From the NCBI GenBank assembly GCA_027295805.1, contig JAPUKF010000292.1, positions 1 to 46,749 on the forward strand: a DNA stretch of 46,749 nt, in the 5' to 3' direction. Made by a program: the position numbers and the translations under genes. The notes under the pieces are model-generated. The model did no database searches, was not told the DNA's origin, and saw nothing but the letters and a program-made list of their open reading frames with translations. Source of the stretch: Acidobacteriota bacterium. Its GTDB lineage: Bacteria > Acidobacteriota > Polarisedimenticolia > SMYD01. Below, in pieces: positions 18,121 through 25,457 of this stretch (position 1 is its first letter; each line of letters begins with the position of its first letter).

Positions 18121-19065
18121 CTAGGGCGCCGGTGCCTGGGGCGAACCCTCTTCCCGCCTGAGTCGGTAGACCGAGACGGTCGCCTCGTAGCGCACAAACT
18201 GGGAGGGGTCGTCCCGCGCGACCTGCTGCAGGGCCGCCAGCACATCGGGGCGGCCATAAGCGTTCAGGGCCTGTACGGCGGCAACCCGGACAGCGGGCGC
18301 GGGGTCTTCCATGGCCACGGTCAGCAGGCGGGCCACGACGTGGTCTTCGTTGCCCAGAGGCGCCTGGTCCCGGCGAGACTTGCGGAAGATCTGGGTCTGC
18401 ACCTGGAGAGCGTCGCGGCGAAAGCGGTCATCTCGCGAGTCCAGGAAATCAAGAAGGGTCGGCACCATCTCCGGATTGCCCAGGCGAAACTTGAGAATCT
18501 GAGAAAAGCCGGTCTCCACCAGGATCGGGTTGGTTTCCAGGATGAGCAACCTGTAGGCCGCCCAGATCTGGTGGATATCGGTCAGATTCTGGATGGCTGA
18601 CAGGCGCCTCACGGCGTCGATGGTGGCCTGGGCACCCTCCTGTGGCAAGTCGATCTTGCCTGCTAACTTGCCGACCAGGCGGAAACGGTTCGGGGCTCGG
18701 GGATGGCCCAGGCTATCCAGCACAGGAGTCAGGAGGAGGATCGATTCCTGTTCGTCCATGAAGACGATGCGGTCACGAAAATTTTCGCGCTGTGTGTTGT
18801 CCGATCTGAAGGCAACGAACAGCTTGTCTCCTTCATAGGAACCTTTGAGGACTTCCTTGACCTGGCATTCCGCCAGGCGCAGGGTGCCATCCAGAGTGCG
18901 GACGTGGACCACCAGGTCGGCATAAGCCAGCCGTTCATACAAGGATCCGGGGGCGGCGGCCGGCATTCCAGCCAGCAGGAGGCCCAGGGACAGAGTCAGG
19001 CCCACCACCATGCGCCTGGAGCCGCCGGCGGGGCTGAGAATGGACTTGGTCAGGGCAGAATTCAC
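18121..19065 (-). CDS. Exported HEAT-repeat protein (function unknown)
   Basis: N-terminus ...GGSRRMVVGLTLSLGLLLAGMPAAAPGS is signal-peptide-like. C-terminus has HEAT-like repeats: DPAPAVRVAAVQALNAYG, DDPSQFVRYEATVSV. GTG 19065 (alternative ATG 19011). Confidence 0.7.
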   Translation of the reverse strand: MNSALTKSILSPAGGSRRMVVGLTLSLGLLLAGMPAAAPGSLYERLAYADLVVHVRTLDGTLRLAECQVKEVLKGSYEGDKLFVAFRSDNTQRENFRDRIVFMDEQESILLLTPVLDSLGHPRAPNRFRLVGKLAGKIDLPQEGAQATIDAVRRLSAIQNLTDIHQIWAAYRLLILETNPILVETGFSQILKFRLGNPEMVPTLLDFLDSRDDRFRRDALQVQTQIFRKSRRDQAPLGNEDHVVARLLTVAMEDPAPAVRVAAVQALNAYGRPDVLAALQQVARDDPSQFVRYEATVSVYRLRREEGSPQAPAP

Positions 19066-19147
19066 CGCACGTTTCTCTTTCCTCCGCTTCCCGGATCATA
19101 CCTCGGCTTCGGGTCGGAGGCCACGCGTGCGAAGGGCTGGGTGCGGG

Positions 19148-19546
19148 TCAGGATTCGCGGCTGAAGAGGCGAGCGAGCCAGCCGCGGAGTCCCCCAGCTC
19201 GCCCCGATTGCTGGGCAGGCTCTTTCATGCCGGCCCCGGCGTTCTGGCTGACCACGGGAACCGGCTCGGCGGGCTGGCTGGAGGAGTCCTGGCCCTCCAG
19301 AGCGAAGAGTTCATCTTCAGGAGCAAGGAGATCCGTGGGTGGAAGATCGAACACCTCGCCTTTCATGGCAACAGGCGGCTGGGTTTCCACCTCCCGTGCG
19401 GGTGATTCGTCGGCGGTTTCAGGCCGCGGAGGGGCGATCACCAGGACTTCGTCACATCGTGGACAACGAGTGCGGGCGCCTTGGGCAGGAAGCTTGTCCT
19501 GGCGCACGCGAAATTGCCGGCCGCAGCCGTGGCAGCTGATGTTCAT
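19148..19546 (-). CDS. MJ0042-type zinc-ribbon protein with an acidic linker and a C-terminal amphipathic helix
   Basis: MNISCHGCGRQFRVRQDKLPAQGARTRCPRCDEVL (CxxC...CxxC), then a Pro/Glu-rich linker, ending in GGLRGWLARLFSRES. Confidence 0.75.
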   Translation of the reverse strand: MNISCHGCGRQFRVRQDKLPAQGARTRCPRCDEVLVIAPPRPETADESPAREVETQPPVAMKGEVFDLPPTDLLAPEDELFALEGQDSSSQPAEPVPVVSQNAGAGMKEPAQQSGRAGGLRGWLARLFSRES

Positions 19547-19562
19547 AGGCGGGACTCCGGTC

Positions 19563-20609
19563 TCATGTCTCGGATACGCGTTGAATCATGCCGTTCAAGG
19601 CCTCATCCAGGGAGAGCTTGCCGTCCAGATAGGGGTTCCAGAACTCCTTGAGGCCGGGTACAAAGATGCGCAGGGCACGGTCATAGATTTTCAGTCGTTG
19701 GGCGACATGCTCGTGGGATGGATCAAGAATGCGGCGCACGGCTTCGCCTGCTGTCCAGTAGAGCACGGCGCGGGGGAAGAGAAGCGGATTGGGCAGGCGC
19801 AATGGAGCCTGTCTCTCCCGCAACTGGTAGAGAGCAGCACGGCTGTTGCCCTGATCCTCCCGATCCATTATACGTCCCGTGAGCATGATGATTGTTTCTA
19901 CCACACCCATGGGCGTGAAGCGCGCTGTTTCGATCACGTTGAAATGTTTGGTGTGCAGCTTGCGCGTCTCATTCCCTGTATTGACGTAGAGATCCAGCAT
20001 CTGGAAGTCCAGCTGGACGAGCGCAATGGGCGAAGCGTTGAGGCTGGTGAGCAGAAAGCTGGTCAACTTCTCCTGCTGAGGCGCGAACTGCCGCTTCAGG
20101 ACCGGTTCGATGTCCTCTTTCCGTCGTACTTGCAGCTTTTGCCACTCCCCTCTCTCGAATGCCGGGAGAGCCATGAGGATGGCCTTGGCGATCTCTTCTC
20201 CGGTTGGTTTCAGGTTATAGGCGCGAAAAGAGAGGGGGAAAACGTTGGTGAGTTGCCCTCGCAAGGCTTCAGGCGTCGAGGTCGGGGCGATGTGGCTCTC
20301 CATGGAGTACCAGATGTCCCGCCCAGGTATGAGGAAGATCTGGTGGCGATAAATCTCGACGGCGGCGGCGTACTGGGTGGGTGGTTCGCTCCGTTTCATG
20401 GCCATGACGCGCAGGTTGGCATGCAGAGCCAGATATTTCTGCCAGTGGAACAGAAACCGGATGTCCTGAGGCCGGTTCCGGTTCAGGGCCTGGGCCGGCA
20501 AGAGGGATGGTGTCAAGAGCAGAGGCAGCGTGGCGCCTCCCGCCACGCCGAGAAAGCGCCGCCGGCTGACCCTGTGAGTTTGTTTTTTGTGAGCGTTGCA
20601 ATCGTTCAT
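19563..20609 (-). CDS. Tat-signal protein of unknown function
   Basis: N-terminus HRVSRRRFLGVAGGATLPLLLTPSLLPAQA matches S/T-R-R-x-F-L-x plus an h-region and AxA. I recognise no family in the rest. The ATG overlaps the upstream stop (ATGA, 20606-20609). Confidence 0.7.
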   Translation of the reverse strand: MNDCNAHKKQTHRVSRRRFLGVAGGATLPLLLTPSLLPAQALNRNRPQDIRFLFHWQKYLALHANLRVMAMKRSEPPTQYAAAVEIYRHQIFLIPGRDIWYSMESHIAPTSTPEALRGQLTNVFPLSFRAYNLKPTGEEIAKAILMALPAFERGEWQKLQVRRKEDIEPVLKRQFAPQQEKLTSFLLTSLNASPIALVQLDFQMLDLYVNTGNETRKLHTKHFNVIETARFTPMGVVETIIMLTGRIMDREDQGNSRAALYQLRERQAPLRLPNPLLFPRAVLYWTAGEAVRRILDPSHEHVAQRLKIYDRALRIFVPGLKEFWNPYLDGKLSLDEALNGMIQRVSET

Positions 20610-21337
20610 GGGGTATCCGCGCAGCGTGCCAGGTTCAAGCGAAAATAAGCAGCCAGTGCCGTTTCGTAATGCAGGCTAAGACTCACCCGGCTGCGCTTGC
20701 CGAACTCGGGTGCCTCCACGGGAATGGTACATGATGTTTCAGTCACCGTGTCGGGAGTCGGCGCGGCAACCTGACGCAAGCGGTCGTCAAGGGCGATCTC
20801 CCAGATCCCCCGGTAGGCATCCAGTTCCGGGTGGACGGCTTGCAGGTGGTAGCGCACGCGGTCCTTCTCCATGCCGGCGCGGCGCAGGGCCGTGGTGATG
20901 GTGGCGCTGGCGAGGTGCGGGTGATTCTGGAACCGGGGGATGCTGAATTCGATATGGATGGGCAGGTGAGCCCGTCGGCCCCGCACTGCCTCGCCCTCGC
21001 TCAGGAGCGCCTGCACGAAGGATCCAATCTTCGCCGCCGGGAGACGGGACGGGTTGCCCATGGGACTGTCCCGGCCCATGGCCTCCAGAACGTCTGTCTC
21101 CTGGAGCCATCGCCCCGGCTCTTGGATGAGGGCGTGGCACAGGGCTGAGCCGGCCCGCTCATTCTGGCTCCTGGACCAGCACCAGGTCAGGAGAGTCCAC
21201 AATCCCTCGGTGACTCGAGCCGGTCGATCGGCCGCACAGCGCCCCGAGGTGAAAAACCACCCCAGGTAGCTGCCGACATCCGCGACCTGTTGCAGGCGTG
21301 GCAAGGGAAGGGTTTCATCTGTTGCGACCGAACTCAT
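20606..21337 (-). CDS. Hypothetical protein (no recognisable domain)
   Basis: Longest ORF in the interval. Third codon positions are G/C-rich, as in neighbouring genes. Packed tightly between the mglA-like stop (21404) and the Tat-protein start. Start is ATG 21337 or GTG 21394. Confidence 0.55.
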   Translation of the reverse strand: MSSVATDETLPLPRLQQVADVGSYLGWFFTSGRCAADRPARVTEGLWTLLTWCWSRSQNERAGSALCHALIQEPGRWLQETDVLEAMGRDSPMGNPSRLPAAKIGSFVQALLSEGEAVRGRRAHLPIHIEFSIPRFQNHPHLASATITTALRRAGMEKDRVRYHLQAVHPELDAYRGIWEIALDDRLRQVAAPTPDTVTETSCTIPVEAPEFGKRSRVSLSLHYETALAAYFRLNLARCADTP

Positions 21338-21403
21338 GTCAGGCTGCCCCCCATGGGGGCAGGAAGAGTCTACCAAAGGGCCAGGACCCGGCACCCGGGC
21401 GGT

Positions 21404-22930
21404 TCAGGCGGGGTCGTCAGCCTGCGGCTGCAACGTGAGGGTCAGGACATAGGTGTACTGCTGGCCTCCCATCTCGATCTGGATGGGCACTCGCAGGTCC
21501 CCGTTGGCATCCTGCACCGGTTGGCCGGGATGGAGTCTGGGGCGCCTGTCGCCGGTTTCCGGCAGCGCTGTGACCAGGTCTTGCTGCGAGGGTGGAGAGG
21601 ACTTCAACGGATCGCCATCACCGGGACTCACCTCAGGGGAGCAGTCCTGGTTCTGCTCCAGGTAATTTTCGAAGCTCAGTGACGCCTCTCTCGCACCGTT
21701 GTCGGACAGGGGAAGATCTCCCGGCAGGCTGCCATCCCCATCTTCTCCCGGCGCTCCCAGCCAGATGGCATCGTCGCCCTCTTCCTCCGGCGCGGTCCCG
21801 GGCGACGATTCCTGAGTTGCCGGCTGGTCGGCCTGGGTGAAGGGTGCTGAGGCGGGCTCCTCCTCGGAGACGTCGGAGCCCGGCGCCTCAGCGGCGGCTG
21901 CCCATGGATCACTGCTCGGCTGGTGGGGCTCAGGTACAGGCACTCCGGCCGACTCTCCCCCTGAGGCGGGTGTTCTGAAAAGGTCCGTTTCGTCGGCGCT
22001 ACTGTCCGGCGGTGCCGGCTGGTTATTCTTCCCTGGGGCGAAGAACTGCTCGGAATCGGGATCCGGTTTCGTGCCTGGATCCGCACCCTCCGCCTCGAAG
22101 CTGTCCACTTCTTCCAGGAGTCCCTGAATTTCTTTGGCGTCCATCTGGTCCAGCTCGCTCTCCAGTTCGGCCGCCTCCCATTCATCCTCTCCTCGGGATG
22201 CCGCGGCGCCGGTGGAATCGGCGACCCCATCACTCATGGGGGTTGCCATGTCCGCTTCCCGTTTCGGGGTCATCTTGCCGGCAGTGTCTCCCTGCCCGTG
22301 GGGTACTGCCGGCGGCGGAGTGGAGGGCTTCTGTTCAGCACCTTCGTAACGTTCATTCAGAGAGCGGAGAACCAGCTTGCTGATGGCCTTGAGGGTGTCG
22401 TGAACACCGATGCCCGTGGTGGCAATGACCTCGTAAAAAGGTGCGTTGTAACGATTGAGGTCGGCGTTCATCTCTTCAACGGATTTGATATCGGGCAGGT
22501 CGCGCTTGTTGAACTGGAGGACCATGGGGATGTCGGACAAACTGAGGTCGTGGACCTTGAGGTTCTCCTCCAGGTTGCGGAAGGACTCGAGGTTGGCGTC
22601 GCTCACACGGGATTGGGAATCGGCGACAAACACGATGCCGTCAACACCCTTGAGAACCAGGCGCCGGGTCTCGTTGTAGAACACCTGACCGGGAACCGTG
22701 TAGAGTTGAACCCGGGTCTTCATGCCCCGGATATCACCCAGCTCCACGGGGAGGAAATCGAAGTAAAGGGTTCGATCCGTCTGGGTGGACAGGGAGAGCA
22801 TCCGTCCCCTCTTATCCTCCGGCAGGCTCTCATAAATAAACTCAAGATTCGTCGTCTTGCCGCACAGACCGGGGCCGTAATAGACGATCTTGGCCGTCAA
22901 CTCCTTCGTGGAGTAATTGAAGAGCACCAT
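21404..22930 (-). CDS. mglA: MglA-family Ras-like small GTPase fused to a long acidic/Pro-rich C-terminal extension
   Basis: MVLFNYSTKELTAKIVYYGPGLCGKTTNL (P-loop), DRTLYFDFLP (switch I), LYTVPGQVFY (G3), FNKRDL (G4). By my recollection it is close to Myxococcus MglA over about 195 aa. About 310 further residues are rich in D/E/P/S/A. Confidence 0.88.
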   Translation of the reverse strand: MVLFNYSTKELTAKIVYYGPGLCGKTTNLEFIYESLPEDKRGRMLSLSTQTDRTLYFDFLPVELGDIRGMKTRVQLYTVPGQVFYNETRRLVLKGVDGIVFVADSQSRVSDANLESFRNLEENLKVHDLSLSDIPMVLQFNKRDLPDIKSVEEMNADLNRYNAPFYEVIATTGIGVHDTLKAISKLVLRSLNERYEGAEQKPSTPPPAVPHGQGDTAGKMTPKREADMATPMSDGVADSTGAAASRGEDEWEAAELESELDQMDAKEIQGLLEEVDSFEAEGADPGTKPDPDSEQFFAPGKNNQPAPPDSSADETDLFRTPASGGESAGVPVPEPHQPSSDPWAAAAEAPGSDVSEEEPASAPFTQADQPATQESSPGTAPEEEGDDAIWLGAPGEDGDGSLPGDLPLSDNGAREASLSFENYLEQNQDCSPEVSPGDGDPLKSSPPSQQDLVTALPETGDRRPRLHPGQPVQDANGDLRVPIQIEMGGQQYTYVLTLTLQPQADDPA

Positions 22931-22978
22931 AGGGAGTTCCACCTTCCGATGGTGAATCTATGCCAAGGAATCCGCAGG

Positions 22979-24328
22979 TCAAGCATCAGCGGGCCGGCGC
23001 CGTTTTCCCGCCGCTTCACGACTTCTGAGCTGCAGCCGGATGGGCGTCCGGGTCAGGTCCAGGGCCATGCGCAGGCGACCGGCCAGGAAGCGCATATAGG
23101 TGGGGGGAAGGGGCGTCTGGCGGTTGACGAAGAGGGTGACCCGGGGCGGCCCGGTCCCGGTCTGGACGGCGTAGCGGATGCGAAAGGGGCGATTTTCCAC
23201 CAGCGGCGTGCGGCGCTCCTTCAGGGCCGACTGCAGTGCCCGATTCCAGGCCGCGGTGGGACGAGTGGCCATGAATTCCCCTTCGCTGAGAAGGGCCTCC
23301 TGGAGGAGACGGCGCACCCGCAGACCGGTGAGGGCCGAGACGGTCAGGGGCCGGGAGTAAGGCAGGAAATTCAGGCGGTTGGCCACCTCTTCCAGGAGTG
23401 CGCGAGCCTGGTCTTCACCCCCGGAAACGAGATCCCACTTGTTGAGGACAGGAATCACCGCCCGACCCGCATCCATGGCCTCACCGGCCACGGCCAGGTC
23501 ACCCACGGTCACTCCGGCGCGGGCGTCCATCACCAAGACCGCGACCTGGGCACGAGCCAGGGCATGGCGCGCCTGGGCGATGGCCAGGGACTCTGCGGCA
23601 TCAGCAGCCGCTTCCCGGCGGCGCAATCCGGCGGTGTCCACCAGGCGAAAAGTCCGCTGGTGAGCACGCAGCAAAGTGTCGATGCTGTCGCGGGTGGTGC
23701 CTGGCTGGTCCGAAACAATGACGCGTTCTTGGTTGACCAGCCGGTTGAGCAAGGATGACTTGCCGACATTGGGGCGGCCAATGAGCGCCAGGGATAACTC
23801 AGGGGCTTCTTCCCTGGGAGCGGTGAGCGACGCCGGCAGCCGTTTGGCAATCTGCTTCTTGAGCTCATGGAGGCCCAGGCCATGCGCCGCGGAAAGGCTC
23901 AGGACCGGCTCGAGTCCGAGTTCATGAAACTCACTGGCATGGGTTTCCAGACGCTCGGTATCCAGCTTGTTGACGGCGATCACCACAGGTAGACCCCGCC
24001 GGCGGATCAGGCGAGCCAGGTCGCGATCCGTGCCGGAGCAGCCGGCGCGACCGTCCACAACCAGGACCACGACATCTGCTTCCATCAGCGCTTCATGGGA
24101 CTGGTCTCGAATCAGGGCGGACATGGCATCACCCGCACCGTTGATCACGCCGCCGGTGTCCACAAGCAGGACCCTGCGTTCCTCGATGACAGCCGGTCGG
24201 CTCAGCCGGTCCCTGGTCATTCCGGGCTGGGGGTGCACCAGGGCGCGGCGGCCGCCCCGGAGACGGTTGAACAGGGTTGATTTCCCCACGTTGGGAGCGC
24301 CCAGGAGCACAACGACGGGATCAGTCAT
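22979..24328 (-). CDS. der: Ribosome-biogenesis GTPase Der (EngA)
   Basis: Two G domains (GAPNVGKSTLFNRL...DTGG...NKLD and GRPNVGKSSLLNRL...DTAG...NKWD) plus a KH-like C-terminus. ATG 24328 is preferred (GGGAG 6 nt upstream); alternative ATG 24334. Confidence 0.92.
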   Translation of the reverse strand: MTDPVVVLLGAPNVGKSTLFNRLRGGRRALVHPQPGMTRDRLSRPAVIEERRVLLVDTGGVINGAGDAMSALIRDQSHEALMEADVVVLVVDGRAGCSGTDRDLARLIRRRGLPVVIAVNKLDTERLETHASEFHELGLEPVLSLSAAHGLGLHELKKQIAKRLPASLTAPREEAPELSLALIGRPNVGKSSLLNRLVNQERVIVSDQPGTTRDSIDTLLRAHQRTFRLVDTAGLRRREAAADAAESLAIAQARHALARAQVAVLVMDARAGVTVGDLAVAGEAMDAGRAVIPVLNKWDLVSGGEDQARALLEEVANRLNFLPYSRPLTVSALTGLRVRRLLQEALLSEGEFMATRPTAAWNRALQSALKERRTPLVENRPFRIRYAVQTGTGPPRVTLFVNRQTPLPPTYMRFLAGRLRMALDLTRTPIRLQLRSREAAGKRRRPADA

Positions 24329-24368
24329 GGACATCTCCCGGGTATGGCCCGGGGGCACTCCGGAGCGC

Positions 24369-24398
24369 TTGACATCCGCCGGGGATGTCCCTTAAACT
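24369..24398 (+). promoter_or_regulatory. Sigma-70-type promoter for the HU/IHF gene, with a 7-bp inverted repeat overlapping the -35 box and spacer
   Basis: TTGACA (24369-24374), 18-nt spacer, TAAACT (24393-24398). GACATCC-gccgg-GGATGTC spans 24371-24389. Confidence 0.35.
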
Positions 24399-24455
24399 TC
24401 GGTCTAAATTGTTGTCCATATGGCGCTTAGCTTGTTTGTTGGGGAGGGGTATGAA

Positions 24456-24722
24456 TTGATAAAGGCGGATATTATCGACAAGGTGGCGCGCAACGCGGAC
24501 ATCACCAAGGTCAAGGCCGTGGTGGCGGTTGAAGCGGTCCTGGATGCCATGAAAGCCTCGATGCAGAGGGGGGAGAGAATCGAATTGCGTGGCTTCGGCG
24601 TTTTTCAGGTCAAGCCGCGCAAGAAGGGCATCGGCCGCAACCCGCGCACCGGCCGGGAAGTCCTGATTCCACCCGGCAAGACGATCCGCTTCAAGCCCGG
24701 TAAGAATCTGCGCAACCTCTAG
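24456..24722 (+). CDS. HU/IHF-family DNA-binding protein
   Basis: (M)IKADIIDKVA..., IELRGFGVFQVKPRKKGIGRNPRTGREVLIPPGKTIRFKPGKNL. TTG 24456 has GGGGAGGGG 6 nt upstream. The ORF-track start at 24420 adds a non-homologous leader. Confidence 0.85.
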   Translation: MIKADIIDKVARNADITKVKAVVAVEAVLDAMKASMQRGERIELRGFGVFQVKPRKKGIGRNPRTGREVLIPPGKTIRFKPGKNLRNL

Positions 24723-24791
24723 CCCACCCCATCGCCGCGTGGGTGCTGAACCATACCCGCCCGCTGCCGGGGGTCCCACGGGGGTGGACAT

Positions 24792-25448
24792 TCAGTACTT
24801 GCGGCGTAGGATGTACTTGGGGTCGATCTCCCGGGACACCAGATGATAGATGCGGTCCAGCGGCTTCCAGGCGTTGCCTTTGGATGATGGAGCGTAGCCA
24901 CGGTCGGTATAAAACCGCAGTCGTGCGCCTGTTTCATCATCCTCCAGGAGGACGAGGCTGCCGGAAGCCCACCAGCCATAATTGACGGCCCTGGGCCCGA
25001 AGCCATCTGTTCCGGACAGGCCGACGGAGATGGTGCCATCAGGCATGATGGCAAATGTCTGTTTCCATTGGTTCCATTTGTCGATGGGGATGGTTCCATA
25101 CCAGTCCGAGACATGGTTCTGGGTGCCCTGGTCGGGTAGATAGACCAGGGTTTTGACGAGCATGTCGTTCTTGTGCCAGCGGATGAGAAGGTAGCGCTGG
25201 ACCCGATAGGTCGCCGACGACTGCTTCAGGACGATGGTCTCCTCCTGGAGCCAGGTACCCAGAAACGGCACCACGGCCGCGTCGGGCTCCGTCGCCTCTT
25301 CTTCACCGGCAGGAGCAGATTGTGGTCGATTGCGAGGTTCCTCGGAGGCATCCACGGCCAGGCTGGCCAGAAGTATGGGGATGCAAATGAACATTGTCCG
25401 GCAGAATTGCCGCCGGCAGGCCCAGCGAAGCGCGGTGATCTTTGTCAT
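24792..25448 (-). CDS. Secreted hypothetical protein
   Basis: N-terminus ...CRTMFICIPILLASLAVDASEE is signal-like. The mature part is Trp/Tyr-rich with no family I recognise. Convergent with the HU/IHF gene. Confidence 0.6.
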   Translation of the reverse strand: MTKITALRWACRRQFCRTMFICIPILLASLAVDASEEPRNRPQSAPAGEEEATEPDAAVVPFLGTWLQEETIVLKQSSATYRVQRYLLIRWHKNDMLVKTLVYLPDQGTQNHVSDWYGTIPIDKWNQWKQTFAIMPDGTISVGLSGTDGFGPRAVNYGWWASGSLVLLEDDETGARLRFYTDRGYAPSSKGNAWKPLDRIYHLVSREIDPKYILRRKY

Positions 25449-25457
25449 GAAGGGATC

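Noticed and set aside
19227-20648. 473-aa plus-strand ORF covering the zinc-ribbon and Tat-protein genes, in a lower-GC stretch
   Set aside because: The minus-strand products have specific features (CxxC ribbon, twin-arginine signal, ATGA coupling). The plus-strand translation has none and spans an intergenic gap. I treat it as an antisense artefact, although it is the least trivial of these.
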